A program made the position numbers and the translations under genes. From Arthrobacter sp. Bi83 (lineage in GTDB: Bacteria; Actinomycetota; Actinomycetes; Actinomycetales; Micrococcaceae): a DNA stretch of 32,000 nucleotides. The stretch lies in the NCBI RefSeq assembly GCF_918698095.1, contig NZ_CAKKLY010000020.1, positions 1-32,000 on the forward strand. The letters run 5' to 3'. Shown here piece by piece: positions 23,659-32,000 of this stretch. The notes under the pieces were generated by a model that saw only the letters and a program-made list of their open reading frames with translations, did not search any database and was not told the origin of the DNA. Every line of letters begins with the position of its first letter. Within the stretch, counting starts at the first letter, position 1.

Positions 23659-23907
23659 ACGCCCTCTCACTTCCTGCGGCTTAAACCGGAACGCTCTCTC
23701 ACCTCCTGTCGCTGAAACCGAAACGCTCTCTCACGCGGTGAGGGAGCGTTCCGGTTTCGTGCGTGAGGTGAGAGAGCGTCGGCCCGGATCGTGCGTGAGG
23801 TGAGAGAGCGTCGGCCCGGATCGTGCGTGAGGTGAGAGAGCGTCGGCCCGGATCGTGCGTGAGGTGAGAGAGCGTCGGCCCGGATCGTGCAGGAGGTGAG
23901 AGAGCGT
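23659..23907. repeat. Inverted tandem-repeat array B: 3 forward plus 6 reverse copies of the array A core at 32-bp period
   Basis: Forward cores start at 23659 (ACGCCCTCTCAC, degenerate), 23691 and 23723. Reverse cores start at 23738 (GTGAGGGAGCGT), 23768, 23800, 23832, 23864 and 23896. The reverse unit is GGTGAGAGAGCGTCGGCCCGGATCGTGCGTGA. Lies between the SRPBCC stop (23630) and the MocR stop (23925). Confidence 0.95.
23716..23760 (+). terminator. Hairpin at the inversion point of array B (weak intrinsic terminator candidate)
   Basis: A 19-position stem pairs 23716-23734 with 23738-23756, with one G-U pair and one mismatch. Loop is GCG. Only a short T-run (the terminal TT of the right arm, 23755-23756, plus T 23757) is present, so the T-tract is weak. 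Confidence 0.4.
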
Positions 23908-23924
23908 CAGCAAGCCATTGGGTA

Positions 23925-25409
23925 TCACGCGATGGCTGCGGCCGGGGAGTCCTTGAGTGTTCTGCGCAGCTGCGGGGCCGCGTCCAGCCGCTCTTGGGCG
24001 GAGCGTAAAGCCAGGACGGCCGTTTCGAGCTTGTCCGGCGGCAGGGTGAACGGCACGCGGAGATGGTTCTCAAAGACGCCGCCCACGCCGAAGCGCGGGC
24101 CGGCCGCGAGCCGGATGCCGAACTCGGGCGCGATAACGGTCAGTGCCGTGCTGCTGGCGGCGGGCAGCCGGCACCAGACGGCCAGGCCGCCGGAGGGCCG
24201 TTCAGGCTGCCACTGCGGCAGGTGCGCCCGCAGCAGATCCAGCAGCGCGGCGCGGCTTTCCCTCATCGCGTCCAGCCGGGCCGGCAGGGGCTCTGTGAGG
24301 GTGCGCACCAGATGGGCGGCCGCCAGCTGCTCCACCACCGGTCCGCCCAGGTCCATGGTGGTCCGGGCGGCGGCGAAGCGCTGGATCAGGCTTTCTGACG
24401 CGCGGATCCAGCCGGTACGCAATCCTGCCCAGTGAGACTTGCTCAGTGATCCGATGGAAACCACCGCGGGGCTGAAGGAAGCGAGCGGCGCCGCGGTCCC
24501 GCCGTCGAGGTTCAACTCACGGAGGGTTTCATCCGCCACCAGGACCGTGCCGGACGCGGTGGCGGCGCGGACCAGCCGGCGGCGCTGGGCGTCGGACATG
24601 AGCCGGCCGGTGGGGTTGTGGAAGTCGGGGACCATGTAGGCCAGTCTGGGGCGCTGCTGCATCAGCGCTGCCTCCACGGCGTCCAGGTCCCACCCCATTT
24701 CAGGTGTGGGACGCAGGGCCACCGGAACCATCCGGCAGCCCGTTGCCCGGATGGCATCGAGGGCGTTCGGATAGGTGGGGTGCTCCACCAGCACCTTGTC
24801 CTGCCTGCCCACAATGGCACGCAGCACGATGTTCAGCGCATGTTGCGCACCGGACGTCACCAGGATCTGGGCGGGCGTGGTGGATACCCCGACGGCGGTG
24901 TACCGGCCGGCGATTGCCTCCCGGAGCGCGGGGACGCCCAGTGCGTCATAGCCGAAACCAGGCAGCAGTGCCGGCAGCTCGGTCAGGGCGGCAGCAAACG
25001 CCCGGTGCACTACTTCGCCGCTGGCCGGGAGGGAGGCGTAGGCCAGGTCGATGACACCGTCGGGGACTGCGAGTCCCGGCGCGCCCGACAGTCCCGCGCG
25101 GGCTGCTGCTTCGGTCCCGGGAGCACGGTCCGAGCTGCTGGGCAGGCAGGTGCGTCCGCGGGTGCCCTGGCCGCTGCTGAGAAAGCCCTGCTCGCGCAGG
25201 CTTGAATAGGCCGCTGTCACGGTGGTGCGGCTCACGGCCAGAGTCGCGGCCAGCGTCCGCTCGCTCGGGAGCGCGGTTCCCAGCGGAATGCGTCCGTCCA
25301 GGACGAGGAGGCGGACGACGTCGGCCAGCTCGCGGTAGGCGGGTGTGGCACCGAGGTGCCACTGGCCCAGAAGGCGCGCGAGGGCCGTGGGGCTGAGGGA
25401 TCCGGACAT
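23925..25409 (-). CDS. MocR/PdxR-type regulator (GntR wHTH fused to a fold-type I aminotransferase domain)
   Basis: 494 aa. N-terminal LPSERTLAATLAVSRTTVTAAYSSLREQGFL and a C-terminal aminotransferase-like domain with SLSKSHWAGLRTGW (PLP-lysine context). Confidence 0.88.
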   Translation of the reverse strand: MSGSLSPTALARLLGQWHLGATPAYRELADVVRLLVLDGRIPLGTALPSERTLAATLAVSRTTVTAAYSSLREQGFLSSGQGTRGRTCLPSSSDRAPGTEAAARAGLSGAPGLAVPDGVIDLAYASLPASGEVVHRAFAAALTELPALLPGFGYDALGVPALREAIAGRYTAVGVSTTPAQILVTSGAQHALNIVLRAIVGRQDKVLVEHPTYPNALDAIRATGCRMVPVALRPTPEMGWDLDAVEAALMQQRPRLAYMVPDFHNPTGRLMSDAQRRRLVRAATASGTVLVADETLRELNLDGGTAAPLASFSPAVVSIGSLSKSHWAGLRTGWIRASESLIQRFAAARTTMDLGGPVVEQLAAAHLVRTLTEPLPARLDAMRESRAALLDLLRAHLPQWQPERPSGGLAVWCRLPAASSTALTVIAPEFGIRLAAGPRFGVGGVFENHLRVPFTLPPDKLETAVLALRSAQERLDAAPQLRRTLKDSPAAAIA

Positions 25410-25412
25410 AAG

Positions 25413-25450
25413 GCCAGTATCTCAGACTGGCTATGGAAATCAATGCCAGT
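25413..25450. promoter_or_regulatory. Candidate MocR operator in a 59-bp divergent intergenic region
   Basis: Hexamer GCCAGT at 25413-25418, its inverted copy ACTGGC at 25426-25431, and a third direct copy GCCAGT at 25445-25450. Confidence 0.35.
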
Positions 25451-25468
25451 TGCGGTCAGGATGGTTCA

Positions 25469-26122
25469 ATGATGACTCGCAGACTCCTCCAACTCTTCAC
25501 CGGCCTTGCCATGTACGGCCTTTCCTTGGCGTTGTTCATCCGCGCCGGACTTGGCCTTGATCCGTGGGACGTGTTTCACCAGGGAATTGCCGGCAGGACC
25601 GGGCTGAGTATTGGCCTGGTGGTGATCATCGTCAGTTTCCTGGTGCTGCTGCTCTGGATCCCGCTGAGGCAGTGGCCCGGATTCGGCACACTCTGCAACG
25701 CGGTGCTTGTGGGCGTGTTCGCCGACGTTGGATTGGCGCTGATCCCGGTGTTTTCCCATCTCGGCGGCCAGATTGCCATGCTCGGCGGGGCCGTGGTGCT
25801 CAATGGGATCGCGTCCGCCTGCTACATCGGTGCACGGTTCGGTCCGGGAGCCCGCGACGGACTGATGACCGGCCTGGCCCGGCGCACCGGATGGTCCGTC
25901 CGGATGTCCCGGACCCTCATCGAAGTGGTGGTCCTGGGCACGGGTTGGCTGCTTGGCGGCTCCGTGGGTGTGGGTACCGTGGTGTACGCCCTGGCCATCG
26001 GGCCGTTGGTCCAGGTTCTGTTGCCGCGCTTCATGGTCCCCGCCGCCGGGACGGGGCGCGGTGCCCGCGGGGACGCTGCCGGCCGCGTGGAAGAGGCCGA
26101 AGCGCCGGTGGCCGCGTCCTGA
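25469..26122 (+). CDS. YczE/YitT-like integral membrane protein
   Basis: ATG 25469 (MMTRRLLQLFTGLAMYGLSLALFIRAGLGLDPWDVFHQG...) opens a polytopic protein. Divergent pairing with a MocR regulator is a common arrangement. Confidence 0.65.
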   Translation: MMTRRLLQLFTGLAMYGLSLALFIRAGLGLDPWDVFHQGIAGRTGLSIGLVVIIVSFLVLLLWIPLRQWPGFGTLCNAVLVGVFADVGLALIPVFSHLGGQIAMLGGAVVLNGIASACYIGARFGPGARDGLMTGLARRTGWSVRMSRTLIEVVVLGTGWLLGGSVGVGTVVYALAIGPLVQVLLPRFMVPAAGTGRGARGDAAGRVEEAEAPVAAS

Positions 26123-26153
26123 CGAGGCGGATGGCCCGCCGTGACAAGCAAAT

Positions 26154-26195
26154 GGCGTGGCGACGCGCGAATGCACGCGTCGTCACGCCGTTTCC
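26154..26195 (+). terminator. Hairpin terminator candidate between convergent genes
   Basis: 14-bp stem, GGCGTGGCGACGCG (26154-26167) with CGCGTCGTCACGCC (26176-26189), containing one G-U pair. Loop is 8 nt, followed by GTTTCC. Confidence 0.5.
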
Positions 26196-26223
26196 GTGTA
26201 CCCCTCGCGGTCTGCGCGTCCTG

Positions 26224-27147
26224 TCAGGCCCCGCCGGTTCCAAGCAGGGGCTGGCACTTGGGGCAGAAGTAGATGTCGCGCTCCTCGGTCACCAGGTCCG
26301 GCGCCAAACGCGGAGCGCCCGACTTCGACGCGGTGGATGCGGGCGTGGCTGACCCGGGCGCACCGCCGCGCGGCACGCTCTTGCCCAATACCCCGTGGCG
26401 GATTGGAGTCCGGCAGCGAAGGCACGGCTGGTGTTCACGCCGGTAGACCCAGTACCCCGGACGGCCCGCAGCCCGGCCCACCGGCGTCCCGCGCGCGTTG
26501 AGCACGGTAGTCCGGCGGCCCGGGCCGAGGTTGGCCTCGAGAAGCTGCTTCGCATCTGCGAACATGGCGGGCAGATCCGCCGCGGCCGCGACTGGCGAGG
26601 CCGGGTGGATTCCTGCGAGGAAGCACACCTCGCAGCGATAGATGTTGCCGATGCCGGCAAGGTTGCGCTGGTCCAGGAGGGCGACGCCGATCGGCACCTC
26701 GGGCGCTGAAGCCACGCGCCGCTCCGCCTCGGCCGGATCCCAGCCAGGGCCCAGCAGGTCCGGCCCCAGATGCCCCACGGCCCTGTCCTCCTCGGACGTC
26801 CGGATGACCTCAAGCAGTCCGAGGGAGAAGCCGACGGCGTCTGCCGCGGGAGTGCGGAGCACGCACCGGGCGGTGAATCCCGGTTTCCGCCACCGGCCGC
26901 CGGGCGGGTAGACCTGCCAGCTGCCCTCCATCTTGAGGTGCGAATGGATGGTCAGCCGTTCCTCGGCCGGACTGACCAGGCGCATGAGCAGGTGCTTGCC
27001 CCGCGGCACCACTTCTTCCATGGTCCAGCCCTGAAGGTTCAGCGTGGCGAAGCGCGGCACGCGGAAGTCCGAGGCGATGAGTTTCTGGCCGGCCAGGGCG
27101 CCGTGCAGCTGGTTGGCGGCCCGCCACACGGAATCGCCCTCAGGCAC
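26224..27147 (-). CDS. nei: Fpg/Nei-family DNA glycosylase (endonuclease VIII, Nei2-like)
   Basis: N-terminal (M)PEGDSV with catalytic Pro2, PRGKHLL, H2TH region LLDQRNLAGIGNIYRCEVCF, and a C-terminal CxxC...CxxC zinc finger. GTG 27147 overlaps the lhr stop by 8 nt. Confidence 0.88.
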   Translation of the reverse strand: MPEGDSVWRAANQLHGALAGQKLIASDFRVPRFATLNLQGWTMEEVVPRGKHLLMRLVSPAEERLTIHSHLKMEGSWQVYPPGGRWRKPGFTARCVLRTPAADAVGFSLGLLEVIRTSEEDRAVGHLGPDLLGPGWDPAEAERRVASAPEVPIGVALLDQRNLAGIGNIYRCEVCFLAGIHPASPVAAAADLPAMFADAKQLLEANLGPGRRTTVLNARGTPVGRAAGRPGYWVYRREHQPCLRCRTPIRHGVLGKSVPRGGAPGSATPASTASKSGAPRLAPDLVTEERDIYFCPKCQPLLGTGGA

Positions 27148-30100
27148 GGATCCTCAGTCCTTTCGGGGTGGAGTAGGCGCCGGCCGCCGTCAGCGCCACT
27201 GCGGCCGGCGTGTCCAGGATGCCGTGGCCGTTGACCTTTTCCATAACAAGCTTGTCCACGGCTCCGCGCTTCACGACGTCGACGAGGGCCGCGCCGGCCG
27301 CGGCAAGGACGGGTTCGTCTTCGGTGAAGACGAGGAGTGTCTTGCCGCCGCGTTCGACGTAAAGTGACAGGGCGCCGTCCACCAGGACGACAAGGGCCCC
27401 CGCCTTGCGGCCCGGACGGTGCCCGCTGCCCGCTTCCACGCTCAGGGCCGGCCAGGACAGTGCGGCACCGTACGGGTTGGCAGGGTCAGTGGCGGCCAGG
27501 GCCAAGGCCACCGGCTCCGGCTTGGCCAGCTGTGTGTCCTCGGAGTATGAGCGCAGGCGGTCCACCGTGGCCGGCACGGCGAACTGGGCCGCGCCGAGGT
27601 GTTCGATGAAGTAGCCGCGCCGGCAGCGTCCGGCTTCCTCGAGCCTGGCCAGCACCTTGTACATGAGTCCGAATCCGCCCAGGATGTTCTCCGCCATGAC
27701 CGAGCCGCGGGTGACCACGCCGTACCTGTCCAAAAGCAGCTCCGCGATGGCGCGCGCGTGGATCGTGGGATCGAGCTCCGGGGACGGCAGAGCAGACCAC
27801 CGCCCGGCTGCCAGCGGCGGAGTAGGAGCCGAACCGGTGACTGAGCCGTACCGTCCGCCGGCCAGCCCAGGAGAGCCCAGCAGTCCCGTGCCGTGTGACC
27901 GTCCCAGCCGGCTCATCCGCGGAGCCCGTGATCGGGGTGCCCTGGCTACCTGGCGGTGGGCAGTGTGCCCGCCGGCGATGAGTGACCGTACGGGCGCGAA
28001 CGTGTCGCCGGTGACCCTGCCGGCCCATGCAAGGTCCCACAGCGCGGAGACGACGTCCTGGTCGCTGAGAACTGCATCCATTCCGCCGGCAATGTCCGTC
28101 AGCTGGCGGAAGAAATAGCCGCCGCCGTTGGTCTGCAAATGGTCCAGCAGCCGCTGCTGGGCGTCGCCGGGCTCAAAGTCGATCGCCGGATTCAGCGTCA
28201 GTTCCGCGGAGTCGGCCAGATGCAGGCTGACCCAGCCGTCATTGCCGGGGAGGGAGCCGGCACCGGACCAGAGGACCTCGCCCGCGGCCATGAGCTCGTC
28301 CAGCATGGCTGGCTGGTAGTTGGATACCCGGCTGGCCAGCACCAGGGGTTCCCAGGCCGACGCCGGAATGGGCACGCCGGACAGCTGATCGATGGCCGTG
28401 ACGATGCCGTCCAGGCCGCGCAGGGCGGGCTGGCCGCGGCCGGCCCCGGGGGCGCGGACGTTTTGCCAGGCGGGCAGGAACCGCCCGTACGCAGTGGCGT
28501 CCACCGGCTCCACCTCGGCGCGCAGCGCGGCGAGGGAACGGCGGCGGAGCTTGCGGAGTACCTCGGCGTCGCACCATTCGCTGCCGGCCGGGCCAATGAT
28601 GATTGCCGGTGCGGCAGCGTCCTCGGCAGGGGACGGCTCCGCCGGGGGCTCGACCTCGGCCGCGATCGCAGCATCAGGAGCCTGGGCAGGGCCGGCGCTT
28701 TGACCTTGGGTTACGGGGCCTGTGGTCAGGCTCGCAACCTGCTCGACGTGGGGCCGGAACTCGCCCTCCACCACGCGGCCGTCGGCGGCGAGCCTCTTCA
28801 GTGCCGTGCCGACGACGGCGACACCAAGTCCCAGCCTTGCAGCGGCCTCCGCAGCGGTAAACGGACCGTGCGTGCGCGCGTAGCGTGAGACGAGGTCGCC
28901 CAAGGGATCCGCCACCGGCTCAATGAAGGCAAGGGGCACGCCCATCGGCAGGGGGACCCCGATGGCGTCCCGCAGCCGGGCTGCATCTTCCACCGCGGCA
29001 AATCTCTCGGTGCCGCCGATGCTCACCTTGATGGCGCGGTTCGCGCGCTGGAGGGCGGCGAGGTGCGCGACGGCGTCCGTCAGAGGAGGCTCGGTGGCCC
29101 GGGTTTCGACGGGCTCAACCAGCGAGGTTTCGACGGGCTCAACCAGCGAGGTTTCGACAGGCTCAACCAGCGCGGTTTCGACGGGCTCAACCAGCGGGCT
29201 GGCGACCTGGGTTTCGACGGGCTCAACCAGCGGGCTGGCGACCTGGGTTTCGACGGGCCCAACCGGCGCGGTTTCGACGGGCTCAACCGGCGGAGCCAGC
29301 CTGGCCGCCACCTCTTCCGGCGACAGCGGACCGAGCAGCCGCAGGAGGTCGGCGACGCCTTCGAGTCCGCGGACTTTCCGGTCGGCGGCCAGGCGCTGCA
29401 GTTCCAGCTCCGTGCCCTCAATGACCCTGGCATCCAGCAGTTCCCGCAGTTCTACGCGGCCCAGCAGTTCGTTGAGCAGGGTGGAATCGAGCGCCAGCGC
29501 GGCGGCCCGGCGCTCGGCCAGAGGGGAGTCGCCTTCGTAAAGGAACTGTGCCACGTACCCGAACAACAACGACTTGGCGAACGGCGAAGGCTGCTGGGTG
29601 GTGGTCTGCACGATCCTGAGCTCACGGCGTTCCACGGACGCGGCGATTTCTTTCAGGGCCGGCAGATCGTAGACATCCTGAAGGCATTCGCGGACAGTTT
29701 CCAGCACGATCGGGAAGGTCGGGTATTTCCGGGCGACGTCGAGCAACTGGGCGGACCGCTGGCGCTGCTGCCACAGCGGCTGCCGCTTGCCCGGAGTCTG
29801 TCGCGGCAGCAGCAGGGCGCGGGCTGCACATTCGCGGAAGCGGGAGGCGAACAGGGCGCTGCCGCCCACTTCGGCCGTCACGATCTGTTCGAGCTCCTCC
29901 GGGTCGAACAGGAACAGTTCGGCCCCGGGCGGTTCGTCCTCCATCATCGGAACGCGCAGCACGATGCCGTCGTCCGCGGCCATGGCGGAGCCGTCCAGGC
30001 CGTAGCGCTGGTGAAGCCGCTGGCCCACGGCCAGTGCCCACGGCGCATGCACGGGCATCCCGAAGGGGCTGTGGAGAATGACACGCCAGTCGCCGAGTTC

Positions 30101-32000
30101 ATCGTGGAAGCGTTCCACCACGAGGGTGGTGTCACTGGGCACCACTTCGGTGGCCAGCTTCTGCTCGCTGAGGTACTGCAGCAGGTTGTTGGCGGCGAAG
30201 TCGTCGAGGCCGCTGGCCTTGCAGCGGTCGGTGGCAGGGCCGACGTCGGACGCTGACAGTTCCCGGACGAACGCGCCGAGGGCGCGGCCCAGGTCGACCG
30301 GCCGGCCCAGGGAGTCCCCTTTCCAGAACGGGAGCTTCCCCGGCTGGCCGAAAGCGGGGGAGACAAGCACGCGGTCGTGGGTGATGTCCTCGATCTTCCA
30401 GCTCGTGGCACCGAGGGCGAAGATGTCGCCGACCCGGGACTCGTAGACCATCTCCTCGTCGAGTTCGCCAACGCGCCGCCCGCCCTTGGCCGGGGACGGT
30501 GTGCCGGACGCTCTGCCATCCGCGCCTGGTCCGGCGGGTGAGGCCGCACCCTCCGACTCGGTGCCGATGATGTACACGCCAAACAGGCCCCTGTCCGGGA
30601 TGGTCCCGCCGGACGTGACGGCAAGCCGCTGTGCTCCGGGCCTGCCCTCGATGGTCCCGGCGTTCCGGTCCCAGATAATCCGCGGACGAAGTTCGGCGAA
30701 TTCATCGGAGGGATAACGGCCTGCCAGGAGGTCCAAGGTGGCCTCGAAGGCGGAGCGGGGGAGAGTGGCGAACGGCGCCGAACGCCGTACGGTGGCGAAC
30801 CACTCCTCGACGTCGATGCTGCCAAGCGCGGTGGCCGCAACCGTCTGCTGGGCCAGGATGTCCAGCGGATTGGCCGGAACGCTGAGCCGCTCGATTTTTC
30901 CGCCGAGCATCCGCTCCACGGTGATGGCCGTATGGACGAGGTCCGCCCGGTGCTTCGGAAACAGGACGCCCTGCGAGACTTCGCCCACCTGGTGCCCGGC
31001 GCGGCCCACGCGCTGCAGCCCGCTGGCCACCGAGGGTGGCGATTCCACCTGGACCACGAGGTCAACGGCGCCCATGTCGATGCCGAGTTCCAGCGATGAC
31101 GTGGCCACGACGCAGCGCAGCCGTCCGGACTTCAGATCGTCCTCGATCAGTGCCCGCTGGTCCTTTGACACGGAGCCGTGGTGGGCCCTGGCGAGCAGCG
31201 GCTCGGCGCCTGCGGTGCTCCCGGCCTGGGCCATCATGTGTGCCGGCGTGCCCGTGGACGTCGGGACGCCCCCGGACAGTGCCGGCACCGGGTCCTCCCA
31301 GCCGCCGCCCCCGACGGCCAGGAGCTGCCGTTCGGCGTGGATCTCATTCAGCCGTGCGGTCAGCCGCTCCGCGAGCCGCCGCGAGTTGGCAAAAACAATG
31401 GTGGACTGGTTGGCCAGCACCAGGTCCACGATTTTCTCCTCCACGTGCGGCCAGATGGAGGCCTGGGGCTGCAGCCCCGAGGCAGGGCCGGAGTCGAAGG
31501 CGCCGGCGGCGCCCTGGAGGTCAGACATGTCCTCCACCGGGACTGACACTGTGAGGTCCCAGTTCTTGCGGGAAGGGGGTGCCACGATCTCCACCGGGGC
31601 GGAGCCGGCCAGGAACTGCGCCACGAGCTCCCGTGGCTCTACTGTGGCGGAGAGTCCAATCCGCTGGGCCGGCGTGGGCAGCAGTGCATCAAGCCGCTCC
31701 AGCGACACCGCGAGGTGGGCGCCCCGCTTGGTGCCGGCCACGGCATGGACCTCGTCCACGATGATGGTGTCCACCTCGCTGAGCGTTTCCCGGGCCTTGG
31801 AGGTAAGCATGAGGAACAGTGATTCCGGGGTGGTGATGAGGATGTCCGGCGGGTTGCTGAGCAGGGCCCGCCGGTCGGATGCGGGGGTGTCCCCGGACCT
31901 GACGCCCACGGTGATGAGCGGCGCAGGGAGGTCCAGGCGCTTGGCTGTCTGCGTAATGCCGATGAGGGGTGAGCGGAGGTTGCGTTCGACGTCGACGCCA
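27140..32000 (-). CDS. lhr: Lhr-type large ATP-dependent DNA helicase (5' end outside the window)
   Basis: Helicase motifs IIVDEVHAV, GLSATV, HHGSVS and QRVGRAGH, plus a long C-terminal domain. The frame stays open from 31909 to the window edge (hand translation GVDVERNLRSPLIGITQTAKRLDLPAPLITVGVRSG...). Confidence 0.9.
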   Translation of the reverse strand, partial: GVDVERNLRSPLIGITQTAKRLDLPAPLITVGVRSGDTPASDRRALLSNPPDILITTPESLFLMLTSKARETLSEVDTIIVDEVHAVAGTKRGAHLAVSLERLDALLPTPAQRIGLSATVEPRELVAQFLAGSAPVEIVAPPSRKNWDLTVSVPVEDMSDLQGAAGAFDSGPASGLQPQASIWPHVEEKIVDLVLANQSTIVFANSRRLAERLTARLNEIHAERQLLAVGGGGWEDPVPALSGGVPTSTGTPAHMMAQAGSTAGAEPLLARAHHGSVSKDQRALIEDDLKSGRLRCVVATSSLELGIDMGAVDLVVQVESPPSVASGLQRVGRAGHQVGEVSQGVLFPKHRADLVHTAITVERMLGGKIERLSVPANPLDILAQQTVAATALGSIDVEEWFATVRRSAPFATLPRSAFEATLDLLAGRYPSDEFAELRPRIIWDRNAGTIEGRPGAQRLAVTSGGTIPDRGLFGVYIIGTESEGAASPAGPGADGRASGTPSPAKGGRRVGELDEEMVYESRVGDIFALGATSWKIEDITHDRVLVSPAFGQPGKLPFWKGDSLGRPVDLGRALGAFVRELSASDVGPATDRCKASGLDDFAANNLLQYLSEQKLATEVVPSDTTLVVERFHDELGDWRVILHSPFGMPVHAPWALAVGQRLHQRYGLDGSAMAADDGIVLRVPMMEDEPPGAELFLFDPEELEQIVTAEVGGSALFASRFRECAARALLLPRQTPGKRQPLWQQRQRSAQLLDVARKYPTFPIVLETVRECLQDVYDLPALKEIAASVERRELRIVQTTTQQPSPFAKSLLFGYVAQFLYEGDSPLAERRAAALALDSTLLNELLGRVELRELLDARVIEGTELELQRLAADRKVRGLEGVADLLRLLGPLSPEEVAARLAPPVEPVETAPVGPVETQVASPLVEPVETQVASPLVEPVETALVEPVETSLVEPVETSLVEPVETRATEPPLTDAVAHLAALQRANRAIKVSIGGTERFAAVEDAARLRDAIGVPLPMGVPLAFIEPVADPLGDLVSRYARTHGPFTAAEAAARLGLGVAVVGTALKRLAADGRVVEGEFRPHVEQVASLTTGPVTQGQSAGPAQAPDAAIAAEVEPPAEPSPAEDAAAPAIIIGPAGSEWCDAEVLRKLRRRSLAALRAEVEPVDATAYGRFLPAWQNVRAPGAGRGQPALRGLDGIVTAIDQLSGVPIPASAWEPLVLASRVSNYQPAMLDELMAAGEVLWSGAGSLPGNDGWVSLHLADSAELTLNPAIDFEPGDAQQRLLDHLQTNGGGYFFRQLTDIAGGMDAVLSDQDVVSALWDLAWAGRVTGDTFAPVRSLIAGGHTAHRQVARAPRSRAPRMSRLGRSHGTGLLGSPGLAGGRYGSVTGSAPTPPLAAGRWSALPSPELDPTIHARAIAELLLDRYGVVTRGSVMAENILGGFGLMYKVLARLEEAGRCRRGYFIEHLGAAQFAVPATVDRLRSYSEDTQLAKPEPVALALAATDPANPYGAALSWPALSVEAGSGHRPGRKAGALVVLVDGALSLYVERGGKTLLVFTEDEPVLAAAGAALVDVVKRGAVDKLVMEKVNGHGILDTPAAVALTAAGAYSTPKGLRIRA
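29102..29293 (-). repeat. Intragenic tandem repeat in lhr encoding (L/P)VEPVET units
   Basis: GGTTTCGAC recurs at 29102, 29126, 29150, 29174, 29210, 29246 and 29270, giving 24-bp and 36-bp units. It encodes PPVEPVETAPVGPVETQVASPLVEPVETQVASPLVEPVETALVEPVETSLVEPVETSLVEPVET. Confidence 0.9.

Overview
High-GC (roughly 65-70% by eye) actinobacterial chromosomal window, Micrococcales/Arthrobacter-like in gene content; the taxon cannot be verified here. Gene order left to right: ppc; a 32-bp inverted repeat array; a FecBCD/BtuFCD-type ABC importer (minus strand); a conserved unknown gene. A roughly 9.4-kb minus-strand operon (7462-16851) follows, encoding a group 1h (high-affinity, O2-insensitive) [NiFe]-hydrogenase. 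Its order is hypA-hypB-hhyS-hhyL-hhyE-like, four uncharacterised ORFs, endopeptidase, hypC, acidic disordered ORF. One of the four uncharacterised ORFs is a 39-aa membrane micro-ORF absent from the ORF track. A NiCoT nickel permease is transcribed divergently from hypA. The right half holds housekeeping and accessory genes: DedA, a serine hydrolase, a macro-domain protein, an RluA-family synthase, an ArsR-SRPBCC pair, a MocR-YczE-like divergent pair, and an lhr-nei repair pair with lhr running off the window. A second 32-bp inverted repeat array there shares a 12-nt core with the first. The observations most worth follow-up are the translationally coupled block of unknown genes inside the hydrogenase operon, including the micro-protein, and the two phased repeat arrays. 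No CRISPR-cas, transposase, integrase, tRNA or rRNA was seen. Long ORFs antisense to real genes are treated as high-GC shadow ORFs.
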